Shown here: in pieces, positions 1 to 14,226 of the stretch | Numbering within the stretch: the stretch's first letter is position 1 | Layout of the letters: the number at the start of each line of letters is the position of its first letter | Assembly: GCA_900088475.1 (NCBI GenBank) | Contig: FLMG01002864.1 | Span: 76,382-140,381 of the forward strand | Origin: Hyphochytrium catenoides | Lineage: Eukaryota; Protista; Hyphochytriomycota | DNA length: 64,000 nt | Reading direction: 5' to 3' | Translations under genes and position numbers: made by a program | The notes under the pieces: model-generated | The model's input: the letters and a program-made list of their open reading frames with translations, nothing else | What the model was told of the DNA's origin: nothing | Database searches by the model: none

Positions 1-3000
1 GCAAGCCTGGCGATAAGTTGTTCGACGTATCGTTCGCGAAACTGCAAGGCCTGCTCCGCATACGCTTTGCGCATCTCTAGATGAAAAGTCTCAGCATCTT
101 TGGCCACCACGGATGGCAAGCCCTCACCACTATCCTTAGATCCAAGCAACCCCAATGAGGAAGATTGGCCGTGCTGTTGAGTATTAGGTCCGGTATCTTC
201 TATCTTTGCGTCACCGGCACCCTGAAGAGAAGCGCTGACAATTGCATCGATCGCCTTTGCCCGACTGGAAACATTGCGGTGGGTAGAGGAGCCACCAAAT
301 AACAGAGGGAAAAAGCGGGAGGCAATGCGGGGTGGTGGATCCGCGTCTGATTTCCCCTTAGCATCCAAAAGAACCTTCGGGTGTAGACTCGGTGGAAGGA
401 CGCTCTCGGAGCTCCGCATCGACGTCCTTTCTGGCAGTTGAGACTGACTAGCCACAAGAGTCTTGGAAACGAAGCGAGCATGCAAGTTCATCAGGCGCTC
501 AGTTGTCTACAAAGCGGTAACGAGCCAATTTTAGTGCAGATCATGTGTGCAGCATATGGTTCATAGTGTCCGTCACCGTAAAGCAACACACTCTTTCGGA
601 AAAGCGATACTGAACGCAGTGTTAGGCTTACCTCTTCCACTTTGGTCGTTGGGTTATGGAGTGTCTGTACCCTCCACCTCTCATAGTTCAAGAGGTTGAG
701 AAATTCTAAGGTAGATTGCATCTCGTCGGGAGTATTCGCCACCCTTTCAGCCAAGGAGCCTGGAAAAACCAGAGGAACTCGAGCGACATGTATGACGCGT
801 GCTACGTCGAGGGCTTTTTTAAGCACTTCTTCCGGCGTCCTTGCTTTAGAGATTGGGGGAGACGTAAAGCGAAGCGACGACGGAACAGGAGTTATGTCTG
901 CTGCATTATTCCAAAAAGTCCGAGACTCTGAGGCACTTTGGGAGGGTAAAGAGCCAAATAGAGAGAACAAAGATTCGACCGTTTGGCGCTTGTCCTTCTT
1001 AGTAGTCTCGATTCTTTTCAGAGTATTTAAAACTTGATCTGCAGCCGCAACCAACGGATCATTGCTTGAGGAATCTCCACCAAAAAAGGAGGATCTTCGG
1101 AAAAGCCTTTCTCCCCATCCCAGTACTTCTGGCTGCCGCTGCAATTGCGGGAACGTTTCTAGCCCTCCACATTCCAGTTCTCTCAGAATACTGCTAAAGC
1201 CTGATTGTGGGCTTGGATCTTCCTCCAGTGTAAGTGAGGGAGAAGGTTGCGGCGAAGAAAAAGGATGCGGTTTCCTATCTGTCCCAAGCACATTTGCCTC
1301 CGGTTTGTTTCCATGCCCAGTGCGATTAGCTGCCGTTACAGCTAAACCTGCTTTCATTCCCGGTTTGCTTGTTGCCCCTGTACCACTTGGAGGTCCTTTG
1401 ACCTCCATAGTTGGAGGGGGCCGGAGGGAAGGGTTAGATGGGGCGCGAGGTCCATAAGCATTCGATGGAATGCCTGGTCTCCTGATTCCACCTCTTGCCC
1501 TAGCTCGGGCGATAGCCATTGCCATGGATGGATCTCTTGGAAGCATTCCTTGGTTGGGGCCATGGGCACCAGGGAATGCAGGTGCCACACGACCAAATGC
1601 GGACGCTTTCATTGCGCTCGTTGCGCCGTGTGGAGAGCTTGAGGAGCTTTCTGAATCTCCCTGCCGACCTGCAGGATCAGAGGTCTGGGGCCAATCTTCC
1701 GCCATCTGACCAAGCGAAGTGTTGGACGCCGAGGACTGCGTGGACAACCTGGTGATTCTCTCTAGCTCATTCGCTTCCACATAAGGGGCCCTGCTGGGAC
1801 CAAGATCCACGGTAAAGCTAGAGGGGCTGGCTAAGCTGTCAGGTCCTCCCATTCCCTGAGGGAGTGACCGCCCAGAAGATTGGCCGTACCTGGGAGCGCT
1901 CCTATGGCGATGACCCGCGAGGAACTCTAAAAGCTCAAAGGTTAGACGGCCACTCTTGAAGCCTGCCGTTGCCAAAAGCGCCGAGAAGAATGCTGGATCT
2001 GACTTCTCCCCGTGTACCGTGGTAACCGGAGGAGACCCTTGTGTTGTTATCCCGCCTGCAGCTATAGAAGTGGTAGCACCCCGCGTGCCAGAGATAGAGT
2101 CATTTCCTTTACGCGCCAGTGCAGTGGGACAAGAATGCGGCAAGTGGTGAAACAAGCGGAGCTTCTGGTGGACTATATTTAGGAACATCGTCACCCTGCA
2201 CTGAGTCCAGTACAAAACGGTTGAGATCTGGCGGAGTAAGGCGTCGACAGCTGAGGAGCTCCAATTGTACGTCACCAAATGCAGGCCTCCCACTCCGACC
2301 TCTATCACGGCGTAGCGTTGTCTACAGAGATGAGGAAGGCCTGCTAGGTGGAGAGGCACTCCGTCTCCCGTCCCAAGATGTTGATATAGCATAGCCTCCT
2401 GATCCGACAAGGAGGGCGGGCTTAGCTTATGCTGCTCAATGCTTGCCGGCTGAGAACTGGTCGAGCTAGCAATTGACTGTCTTGAGGTTTGTTCTCTGCT
2501 TGTGAAGGAGCTCAGTCTCCTAAGAGATAGGAAAACGTGTAAGCGGAACAGAGATTACGAGAGGCTCCTAACAGCTATATCCTAAGCTTGGGGAGACACA
2601 ACTACGACTGCGACGTCGTGATACTATCGGTACAAAGCATGCAGTCTGTTCTGGACTTGGGACTGACATTTTCTGATTTCAGGCCCTCTTACCTCGTTGT
2701 CGACCAGCCGTCCCAACACAGAATGATGAACTTTCCTTGCTCACGATACGACACAGATGACACGTTCCTACCGTGAAGAAATACCCATTCGAACGTCTGT
2801 CCATCCTGGCTGAAGAATACCTCTGACATAAGACTTCCATTCAAAGCCCGGAAAATTGGCTGCAGAGTTGATAGCACGTCAGCAGCTACCCATGACGGCA
2901 GAATGTCAGTAAAGGAGGTACGGAATGTAGATGGGTTCTTGAGGGACGCCGACTCAGCTAGGACACGGCCCAGGAGCTCTACCCAGGTGACGCTCTCCAT

Positions 3001-6000
3001 GTCCACCTTCATCTCCGTCTCCGCGATATTGTCCCTTTGTTGGCCACCGTCCAACTGCTCCGGGCGTTGTGGGTCGACTTCATACGCAGCAAACAGTTGA
3101 CCTCGGCGTGCAACGAAGGTTGACTGTTTGCAACTTCTCAGCAAGCTCTCAGCTGCGTAATCAAGTAACGCCTGGTTGAGAGAGGCAGATAAACGCTGCT
3201 GCAGAGCAACAATGTCAATTGACCCTCGGGGCCAGACCCTCACCACTATGTTAGCCACCTCAGTGGTCGTCTTTCCCTCTTGCCTTCCTGTTATTGTTTC
3301 TTCTACCATAGTCCTCATATTTTGTCCTGAGAGTAGCAGTTCTAGCTTAGGTAGATTTAATGCCTTGGAGCTACCGCCTTCTTGACGGCACCAGGGCTCG
3401 TCGCTCCCAGGTGAGCTCGAGCCAGTGCGAAGTTCCACAACTTCTTGACCATGGCAGTCCTCTAAGCTCAAACTAATGACGCACAGCCCTCTGCCAATTG
3501 CCGCTCCCTCGGCAAGAGGAGGCGTATCCGGGGCATTGTTATAAAGAAAGCAGAAGTCCTTCTCGTCGAGAACGGCTGTCACATCATCGGAGCCTCCAGA
3601 CATAACCGACTCATCTTCACTAACACTGGGAGGAGCCCTAGAAAGATTATTGCCTAAATCTTCTCCAAACTCCCCTTTGACCCAGACATGGCCCCAGAAA
3701 ATAGGAGAGACCGACGAACTGTCCCACATGCTGGGATCCGTAAGGTTAATGATTCTTCGCTTCTTGTTAGGGAGATCTCCTCCGACCTCCACACGACCTT
3801 TGAGCCACTATTAGCAACTCTCTAGTAAAAATTAAATCGGACAACTTACCTATAGGTTCCACTACGCTTGGGGTGTCGCCGGCCGCCCTGTCTGACTTCG
3901 ACTGAGAATAGGCTTCCAAAACGCCTTGGAGGGATGTCTCTGCCTTGTACTCCATGCATGATGGATGCAATGCTGTCCAAGCCACCTTTTTCACCTTGTG
4001 GTGCTCTTTATCTACCGCTTTCGGAGTCTGGAAATTCTCATCTCTATATGAAGCAGATACAAGACGAGTAGTGGTTCCCCCTTGCCCTGTTGCTAAGTTG
4101 AGGGTATTAAAAAGAGGTAGCTTGGTAAGGTTTTGCTTGAAAAGGAGAAGAAAAAGGTACCAATCCAATAGTCTCGGTACCCCAGAAGTGGTATATTGAA
4201 CAGCTTGTGTATTTTCTGGACGCAGGAACTGGAGGTCACCTTCACTAAGCTTGAAATGTGGATTGCGGACTAGCAGCGTAGACATTACGGAAAGGGTGAT
4301 GTCGTCCAATTTTTTCTCTAGCCATTTTCGTAGCTCCACTGAGATCTCCTGGGTCACACTTGTCACCCCAAACACCTCCAGGAGCAGAGCGGACGATCCT
4401 TGCTTCTGATCACCTTGCTTGTGATCAAGGGCCCAGCTGCTTGTGTCAAGCTCTCCCCTCTCTGTTGATCTCTGTCTCCCAGCACTTCCTAATCGTGAAG
4501 CCCGATCTGGACTCGAGGTAGAGAGTCTGAGGTAGAACACGTTTCCGGTCTTCTCCTTGTAGACGAAGATTTGTTTCCTGTTGGAGACCTGGAATGGGTG
4601 TAGAGCGGTATCAACGAGTTGTCCCATAGCGTAGCGAGGGGTGACGCGCTCATGAAGCGGGAAAATAACGCTGAATTGCTTTTCACAGCTGAACTGGCCA
4701 CTCCAGTACCAAGTGCAAGGGACAGTGCCGCCTAGGGAAACCTCAGAGATAACTTTTATGCTGCTTCCTGGCTTTCCAGAAAGCGAGCTTTCCCTTGAGA
4801 GTGGCTTCCTGCCAGCTGTGGTCGCCGTTGCCGATGGCTCAACTGAGTCCCTTTCGTATTGCTTACTAAGTTTAAGATCCTCAAGCGAAGGTGGGATTAG
4901 CAGAGAGCTACAAGCGTGTGTCTCATGCAAATGTTGTAGGAGAAGCAGCTGGTTCACTCTTTCACAAGTCTTGAAAAGACAAACGTTTACTCTCCCAAGG
5001 ATCTCTACCTTCAATCTCTCCCACAAAGAACCAGGAGGATGGTGGAAGGACACCCTGGCAATATTGTCCAAACCAACCGACACCATAAGCCAGAAATCCA
5101 GATGCTGCTTCACTCCTCGTTCTTCCTCACGTCTGCCTGAGCGGACTATCAGGAAAACATCTCCAACTTTTTGGATCAGAAGATAAGAGTTCTGCAGCAG
5201 CTGCTCCTCAAACATTTGTTGAGCTCGCTCCGTCTGATGGGCCAATGAAAAAGAAGTTGGGCTGTTGGGGCTGCGGTAAGCTGTCTCTGACATGAGCTCT
5301 CCCCTACAGTGGGCGAGTGAGCACTAACGACGACACTAGCATATAGAATAATGGATGGATATAATGTACCTCTCCTTAGAGTTGTCCGTGCGCATACTAC
5401 TGCTCTCTGAGAGGGTTTCTGAGGTTAGAAAACGGAGGGGCACCTCCATGCGACTTAAGTGGCTGCACGGGCACCAACCGAGGACAGCAAAGCAATGGTT
5501 AGCACTCTTCTCTTGGCAGTTTAGGGAAGTGGTAAATGAACAGAAAACAGGTCAAGAAGCTGAGCTGTGGACTTGCCAAAATAGGTCATTATACAACACC
5601 GATTACTACGTTCTAGAGGAGGAAGATGCAAGGACTACAGGCAGCAGCATACCTTGGGAGCAAGTTTGCAATGAGCTTTTTTGCTTGGTTAACCGAGTCA
5701 GCGGTAGGAGGACTGACATCCTGCAGGCATTTTAGTACTTCCATGGAACTTAGTGCCCTGATGCTTTTTCTCAAAGTAGACATCACTCTCCTATGGACAT
5801 CTGGGAGAATCTCCAAGCCATTGAGCTTCTGAGCCGCTATTGCTGCGTGCTTCGTTAGGCCTCCTTCAGCAAGCTTGCTGATAGGTGCCGATTTCTCTAG
5901 CAACTTTTCGTTGGGAAGAGTAATGCAGACTAAGCGCAGAATTGTTTTTCCATCTGCTTCAACGCTTTGCAAGATAATGCCGCTTGACGTATTACCGGAC

Positions 6001-9000
6001 CGTCCGGACGAACCGTAGCTTGCCCCATCTGAGTTGGAATGCAGATGAGTCCCCTCCACGCCTACTTAGACGATGAGTACAAAATGAGGATGTAGAGAGC
6101 TATAACTCACTTGAGGATAGACTATAGCGGGAAGGGAAATCTACGGGGTCAGCTTGAAGGAATAGTCTACTCAGAGAGTTAAGCGTAGAGTTAGAACAGA
6201 CCTAAGATCTCCCTAATGGCCTGCGAAGGGCTGCTTTGGCGGATCACCAGTGATCTTGACTTTGTAGGCGGAGACTCTACCCTTAAGACCTTTGCTGGAG
6301 GATTTGTAAGACATGGTCGGGCTGGTGGTTGTCGGGATTGCCGATGCAGGCATTCCAGGCGGAGGAAGAGGGGAAACGTGAAGCGAGAAGCGATTGCCGC
6401 GGCATCTTCCACTACTTCTACTTCCTCGACCTTAGAAGAGGACGACGACGCTTGCGCACCCAGCTCACCGTCACCCTGCTTCAGTAGTCCTTGATCACCT
6501 TACACGAAGACATTAGGCACGGCAAGAGGGATAGTTCAATGACGAAGCTTTGGATAGACAACTGCTCGGTGGACGGAGTTTTTGATAAAGCAGAATATCT
6601 CTAACTAGCCCCGAGTGGCCCTTAGTCACGAGCAAGGCATAAGTTACAACAGAGCAAGAACCTCATTGAACTGCTGAAAGAATCAATAGCTCGAGCTTAC
6701 GCCCTTGGTGTGTTTAGCTAGCCACCTTAAACCATCAGCCGATAAGGCTAGGACGAGAGGTGGGAACAAGAGAATAAAAAGTACGACATCCTACCGGTTG
6801 TCAGAATGGATCCAAGAACTCCCAGCTCCATGCTGCTGTCACTATCTGAGTCAGCGTCCGCAACAGGTAGTGCTGTAGTTGATGCCGTATCCTTCGTTGC
6901 TTGGACTCCACCCTGGCTGTTCTCCCCATTTACCTCACCCTCCATTTGCTCACCCTACGAACACGATCAGGAAAGAGGTATGGGCTTAATGCCAATTTGA
7001 GACACATGGATCAAGGGAGCCCGCGTAAGCCTGAAGAATAGGAAACTGGGCCTCTTACTACCTTGGAGTTCTCGTCCTGGATGAAATAATAGTAATCAGT
7101 CCCAGGAATGTTTTTAAAAAAGCGCCCCAGAATTTGTGCGAAGTCATCGTCAAACTTTGAGTCCATCTGATACTCGCCGGTATCTGCTTCAGATCCTAAC
7201 GAAGGCAGGGTTCGTTGTTAGTCACAGCTCTGTCACATAGAGTCAATCTCGAAGAAAGTCGTCCCATTATTGGAGCAACTCATTTCTTAACGTTCAAATA
7301 CTTGCAAATTCTCATAACGATGCTCTGGTATAAACCTCTTCAGCATCTTTTTCGCTCCGAGAAGACGATGGTCTTATCTAGAGACAAAGTGTGCGCCTAC
7401 CTTGGTCTTTGATTCTTCCGAACCTCATTTTTGCCAGCAAAGTGATATCCATATCTATCGGGATTTCGATACAAGAGAGGATAGCACGGTGGAGGTCGGA
7501 CGGGTCTACGGCTCCTACAAAAAGGTGGTGTCACTAGATGCGAAACCTAGAAAGCAATCACCGCAATCTTAAAATTACCTCCCTCCCTCAAAAGCTGGTA
7601 TACTGCCCTGGAAAAGCTCTGCTCATGGACTCGGCCAACAATGTCCTTAAATCTCTTCAACGCTTTATCTATGCCCTTTCGCTCAGTAGGCCCGGAATGG
7701 CTGGCCCGAGACAAGGGCATTGAAGGAAGACCAGCCAGAGGGGATGTTGGTGTAGTCTGGGTGAGAAGTGGGCGAAGAAGAACATTTGTGCTCTCCATTG
7801 GAAGGCCAATCCGTAAGCGGGAGCACTCGTAGAAGGAGATCATGAAGAAGCCCTGGGTGATATCGGCTACCCGTGGAACTAGATGTTTGTCACACCCTGA
7901 GCAGGAGGGAGGAGACTCGGGTAAGCGATTCTTAAGATGCATCAAAAAAAATAGGCTAAGTTGATGAGTTCTCTGGAGTCAGGTGATGACGATCCAATGG
8001 TGATCTCACCAGGAGGCGTTTGAGCTGCTATCCGCGCCTTCTCAAGATCGACGGCCGCTTCTAATGTGGATGTTTTTTGGGCTGCTAGGGTCGCCAATGT
8101 GTCCTTTGACTTACGAGCGAGCAAGCCAAGCTCCTTGTTTCCGCGCTATAATAGTAAAAGTTGGATGTGAGATTGTTAATAAATACTCCCGTGCAGAGTA
8201 GTCTCAGCCATCCTTAGTTGACCCCGCCGGACTCACCTGCAACAAGGCCAAATCATCAAGACAGAAACGTTTAGGTTTCTGTTGAGGACGGTGTACGAAG
8301 GTCGGCGGAAGTGATGGGTAAGAAGAACGACTAAGTATTCTCATAGACATAGAGGCCTGTCGAGGTTCAATCTCAGGGTTGGAGAGAAGCGTTCCCTTCA
8401 AGGTCACTGCTCTCAATCTATTCACGAGGGGCAGATCCTGGCATTCTTTAAGTGCTGGAAGGAAGCAAAGTACCATCGTCGTGGAGCTCACCATCTGAAA
8501 TATAGGGCATATCAGAGGACTGCATGACGTCTTACTCCTTGTTAAAAAGACTCTCTAGACCAGAGGATATAAGTCTTGGTGAAACAGCTCTCACCTTGGC
8601 GAAGCAGCGTCCTGCGCTCAAACCCTGACCTGCTAAGATCTTCTCCATTGATATAGGATGAGCAGTCTGGGGGAAAACGCCTAAGGTAAGTCGCTCTGTC
8701 TATCGGGGCTAATGACAACTGCTTCGTCAGGCTCAGTAGAACCTGAACGGCCCACAGTAAAGAAAAGGAGCAAACCGAGAGGACAAATAGTTGCAGTTTA
8801 CCTCGACGCTGGCTGTACTGTTCCGACGCTGGAGACCGCTGAAACCCGATCCATCACTACCAATTGTTCTGGTATTTGGATCCATAAATGATGCATCAGA
8901 GAGATCAAGGCTGGATCCAGCGGCAGGCCAAGCCACTTCGCAATCAGTGAGCAACTGCAACGCTCTCTCTAACATCTTATACAGGTTAGTGTTAGCTGAT

Positions 9001-12000
9001 GATAACAAGCCCCTGCTACTACTGCCTTCTTTCTCGGAGCTCTGCGATGGCAGGTCAAGCTCATCATCAGAGAGGTCGTGGTAGTTAGATCCACGAGGAG
9101 AGCTGCGATTATCCCATTCGGTGGCCGACATGGCACTGATGGACTCTTCGTTCCCTTGTCCTCCCTGCGCTGGGGTATCTGTGGCCTCAATAAGAAGCCT
9201 TCCACCCAAAGCATCTATGACGTCTCCTCTAGTGACTATGTCTCCTTGTTCAAGCCAGTCTAGTCTCAGGGAATCCTTGCTGCCTCTCTGAATATTTCTC
9301 TGTTCTGCCGCGTCTGCCTTCTCTCTAAGAGTGGCACGGGCTTGTGGGGACCTTTCAGGAACTATTTTTCTGTCGAATAGCATGGGGAGCGTAAATTGAA
9401 TCCGCGTAGAGGAGACAATTAGACGGAAAGGATTGAAGTCCGCAATCGACGATAGCACTCCATCGTCCACTGGGTCTTTGAGGTAGATTTTGTCGTCGCC
9501 TTCCTCTTCAGATTCTACTTGCTTTACGAGCGAAGCTCCTAGAGTATTACTTCTACTGCGAGTCTCTTCCATTAGACTTCGCTGCATTCAGGAGGGTATG
9601 AAACATCAATTCTTAGCGACCAGTTGCGATGACAAGCAAGGGGGATAGTAACATAACCACAGTACAGGTGAGTATGGAAACGGAAAATGTTCAGATTCCT
9701 GTACACCATGTCGCTAGGAGGCACCCTGGTCAACCATGAGAATTCACCTTTTGTAGGGCTGAAAAAGTAGCAAGGCTTGATGCGATTTGCTGGTCTGCTC
9801 GGTAGAACCTGTAGGAGAGTAAGCGAAAGAGCTTTCGCTCTCTTACTCTGAGGGTCAGATCGCTATTTGAGCATGCGCCGTCTGATATTCCCAGCCCGTT
9901 TGCCGAGGGAGAGAGCAGAATTATAGGCTGGGTACCTGCGTCAACCCTCATGTTCTGAGTATCTACAAGAGTCCCTTCAGGCATAAAGATTTCCTCCAAC
10001 GGAACAGTGCCCAGGATAGGGCCTTTTTCTCGGCCATTGCCTTGATACTCCAAGAAATTTGTGCGAACAATCTTTGCCCCCCATGGCCATTCAGACGCCT
10101 TGGGAATGGGCAAATCAACGGAACCGCTCTGGGGTTCCATCCAAAGGCAGGTCGAGATGGACTTGGAGGTCAACCTCTTTATGGTGTACTGGACTAAGGT
10201 AAACCGTGACGTTGAGGATGGTGAATTGTCTGAAGCTCCCTCGGCACTAGCTTCCAGGGCAATAAGCTTTACAAAACCGATATACACAACTGTGTCTTCT
10301 TGGTCTCGCAAGTCGGCAACTTGGAAGCCATCCGCAATGCGCAGTCTCACAAGCAACTCGATGGTCCAATCTGCTACCTGCGGGCTGGGTAGTGTCCACT
10401 TCCACTCATTGTGCCAAAGGTACGACTCAAGAACAGTGGATGAGATCTTGCTGCCACCACAGCACCCTAGGAGCCCAGTGGGGGATCCGGTAGAATGCGA
10501 TGCCTGAGCGTCGCGAAGTCTCTCTGAACCCTTGCCATAAGAGAGAGAGGCACGATCTGTCTTGCTAATGACAAGTCGAGCTATATAACGGGGCAAGAGT
10601 ATAAGGTTACCCTCCGTTTTCAGAGTGGATATACTTGATGGCTGTAAGGAACGGTATCCCCCTGTCAAGAGGCTGCGCTTGTCTCGAAAGTTCATTGCTC
10701 CATCTTCTGTACCTGTTAAGGACCGGTTCTGATGCTCGCCCATCACACTTTTTGAGGAAGAGAAAACGGAGTGACTAAAGGGCGTTGCAATTAGACCCTT
10801 TAGCTCGTCTAGAAGGCCCACCCTAAGCGACGGTGGAGTGAGAAAGAAAGCAATGTGCACCGCCGCTAACTGCTGAGTGTCCCAGGCGACTCGGATAAGA
10901 CAAAAGCTAACAAACTCCGCCTTCCCTTCCTGCTCGCTATCTTCATTGGCGACGGGTTGCTTTCTGGATGAGATGCGCTTCAAAAAGAGGTCAGACTGGA
11001 GGGTATCGGTTGCCCACTGTGCCAAGATCTGCGTGAGGAGTCGGCGGTTGGCGATGTCACCCCGGAATGTGCTTGCCATTGAAGGGAGTCCAGAGGGCGC
11101 GTCGTCGTTTAAGACCTTAAGAGTCGATGAAGGCCCGCTATGAGAAAATACTGGAGGCTTCAACGATCCACCAGGTTTTGGCACGACTGCAAAGGCACCA
11201 AGAGCCCTGGTCCTGCAGAGCAGCTCAAGTCTTTCCACGTAAAACCAGCGGTGCCAGTACCCAAGAGAGAGATTGCCCACTACTCCCAGGATGGCCTCCA
11301 CATTGGCGCTAGTCTTCTCCCTGCGTGGAGTGATAGACTGAGCTCTTGGTGAGAGGCTTCCCCCTCGTCTCCTCTCTGTCACGGTACTCATGGATAAAGC
11401 TACAGCATTAAGGTGTACAAGAACTCTATCTACCTCTTGGATGTCTCTAACGCAAGCCATAATGTTATGTGCAGCGATGTTCTTCGCCGCAGGCGGGCGG
11501 GCACCGCTGTCCCCCTCCTGTTTGTTCCTATTGAGTTGGAGTGTCTTGAGAAAGTCAATGCTGCCAAGCACCTCAATCTTGACTAGTACTTGACGAGGGT
11601 AAAATTCGCGACCGTATTGTAGGGAACGAGGTTGAGTGAATACGTCATGAAGCCCTTTTTGGGCAAGCCCCTTGTTTGGTTGTATAGGTCCTTGTGATCG
11701 AACCGTATACTGAATCCACACGTTATGCTGCCAATGGAGAAGGAAGTGGAGACTTACGTCAGGACCGTGCAAAATGCCAGACGTTGACGTTTTGCTTTCC
11801 GTGCCCCCACGACTCAGGCCGTCCTTTTGCACTAGGCTAGGTCCATTTATCTCCCCCGGAGCAGCAATAAAGCGATGGACAAAGAACCCCTCACGTGTTC
11901 TCACTTCGAGCAGGCTACCAATATCAACCTTGATCCGATACTCTTCCAAAGTCTGACGCCATAAGTGCATCAGAAGGGGAACCTCGACCCAGGGACTGTC

Positions 12001-13627
12001 ATTTGAACTGCTACAGAACGATTCTTTAAAGACGCTGTTCCTAACAGCGCCGCGACCGAGGGCATTCCCACAACGAGCAGGCGCCGTTTGGGCCAATGAC
12101 GAACGAAGAAGATCTGCTGGCTTGGAACTTGGACTGGAAGCCGAGGACCTCCATAGTAGGAGTCGCTGCAGCAGGGGAACTTCGACGTGGTGAAGAGCTG
12201 AGTACGTTTCTCCTCCGTGCCAAGGTATTTTGTAAGATCCTGCACGCAACAACTGCAGGGTTTCGTAGTCTAAAAGCAAGCCTTTAGTAGAATCCGTCAG
12301 CAGATGCACCATGTCCGTGTCCGGAACATAGCCAAAAGGAATATCCGGCCTGAACTCTGTCCCAAGCTGCTTGAACGGGACATGAACGAGTAGTAGAGGG
12401 AAAGGGAAAGGTTCAGACGCAATGAAGCGATTGATATATTTTACCATGAAGAGAGGAAAAGAGTTTAGCCGAGAACTAGAGGAACAAATGAGGTACACAC
12501 CCGACGGTACCTATAGGGCTCACCTGGAGCACGTGACAGGTGATGTCATGACAGCAGAGTTCCGCTATAATACTGTCATACTTCGAAATGTTGGGGATTT
12601 CAGAGACACAGTCCGTGACAAGCACCAGCACAGGAACGGCATCGAGGGGTAGAGCATTGAGGGCAAACACACCGTTCAAAATACAAGTAGTCAAGGAAGT
12701 ATCATCCTTGTCTGCTTCTGCATCTTCTAAGGTACTGGTGTTTCGTGCTAAGTCGTTCTCCATTGCAGTCAGATTTTGTCGTACGTCCGCCAATATCTGA
12801 TCTATATTGCGAGGAGTCAGGACCGCCCCTTGAATGAGCACCCGCATCTTCTCCAAGCCGGAGTCCTGTACCACTCCATGAGAAGATTTTTGCCAAGAAC
12901 ACCGGGAGCACTTTACGTTACCTGTGCTACAACTGACACATTGACCTCATGGAGTGACCCAGCAAGATATACCTCATGTGCCAAGCTGCCCAGGATGGGC
13001 TAGAGAATTGATCAAGAAAGATACGTCAGTATGTGCAACAGTCTCGTCGTCTGGCCGTCTTGTACCTTCAACGACCTTATGAGGAGCTCCATGTAATCGT
13101 AGCCCTGCCTCGCATTCAGTGAGAGCATCGATTGACTGTTTACAAGGACAGTCATAAGTACAGCCTGCCTCTTAAAGGACGCCATGAACTCTCGCACCTG
13201 ACATCCAGAGATATCGCTATGCGGTACTTTTTGTACATAAAATGGAGCCTGGTGGCTGGCAGAATGACGAGACAGCTGTCACCCGACTTCTGCTTTGCAG
13301 ATGACGCCCCATCGTCCGCTTCAGACTGATGACCGACTAATGATAAGTTCTCCTGCAGCTACGGAGGATCATAAGAAACGAGTCTCATTGCTCAGACTGC
13401 CTTTTCGGTACCTTTACGGGCTCCAGAGGCGTATATGTCGACGGCACTGCAAAGGCAGCGTAAAGGTTGGACAGGTGCCATAACACTCTCTCATTCTGCC
13501 CAAAAAACGACAGATTGTCCACTAAGAGGAAGAGGTCTAGGGCTTTGTGATAATTCATAGTTTCCTCATGGGGACCTCCCGCTTCCTGGGCTACCCCGGA
13601 GAGGTGGTCCTTGGCTTGAGAAGCCAT
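1..13627 (-). CDS. SZT2: KICSTOR complex scaffold SZT2-like protein, multi-exon, 3' end lies beyond window start
   Basis: Spliced N-terminus matches SZT2 motif by motif: LFLLV..NERVLWHLSNL; PATRLHFMYKKYRIAISLDVSQS; VLIQGAVL; NGVFALNALP..VLVLVTDCVSEIP; FGYVPDTDMVHLL; LLEVRTREGF; LHWQHNVWIQYTV; PLFLRLEC; LHPFQVSNRKQIFVYKEKTGNVFYLRL. Long exons (922, 508, 367, 639 aa ORFs) are joined by GT-AG introns. The frame is still open at position 1. Confidence 0.9.
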
Positions 13628-14226
13628 ATATTATGGGATTTGGGATCCCTAAGTGGATGAAAGTCTTTACGTTCCTCCTAGGTTAACGTCATTTGGTCCT
13701 GTCCGTTGGCATAATGACGAGTTGTCCGCCATATATTAGCCTTCACCGCACTCAAATCTAAGCGCGTTCAGGCGGTTATGACCCCACTGCCAGTTAGACG
13801 GTGGACCCTGGCCCAGGATGATGTTGAAGCTCTATTTGAGCTTTCCCAGATGAAGATCAGATTGATGATGATGTTGAAAACTGCTACGAACACAGCGATG
13901 AGCGATGAGAATCCAGAATCATGATATTGAAAATCAATTTCCACTTTCAGAACAACGCGGATAGATCAGGTACTCGATAACTAGAAGCTCTTTCCGTAGG
14001 TTATCGGTTTTGTGGTATGTTTCTCCATAAAAAACGCCCACCACCCAACCCCAAAGGATTATCAAAGTGCGAAGCGCCGAAGAGAAGCTTCTGATCTTCC
14101 GAGGCACCGCGTTCTGATGCAAGCTTGGGATGGATTGAGTTGAAGACATTTTTGAAGCTTCACTTCTGGAGACCATGAGCGTAAGATAGACTGGTCACAT
14201 TGCACTGAGAAGCAAAGGTACTCAAT

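Noticed and set aside
7940-7955. Apparent frameshift at a T8 run in SZT2
   Set aside because: It lies inside a GTGAGA..CTCAG intron whose removal restores the frame.
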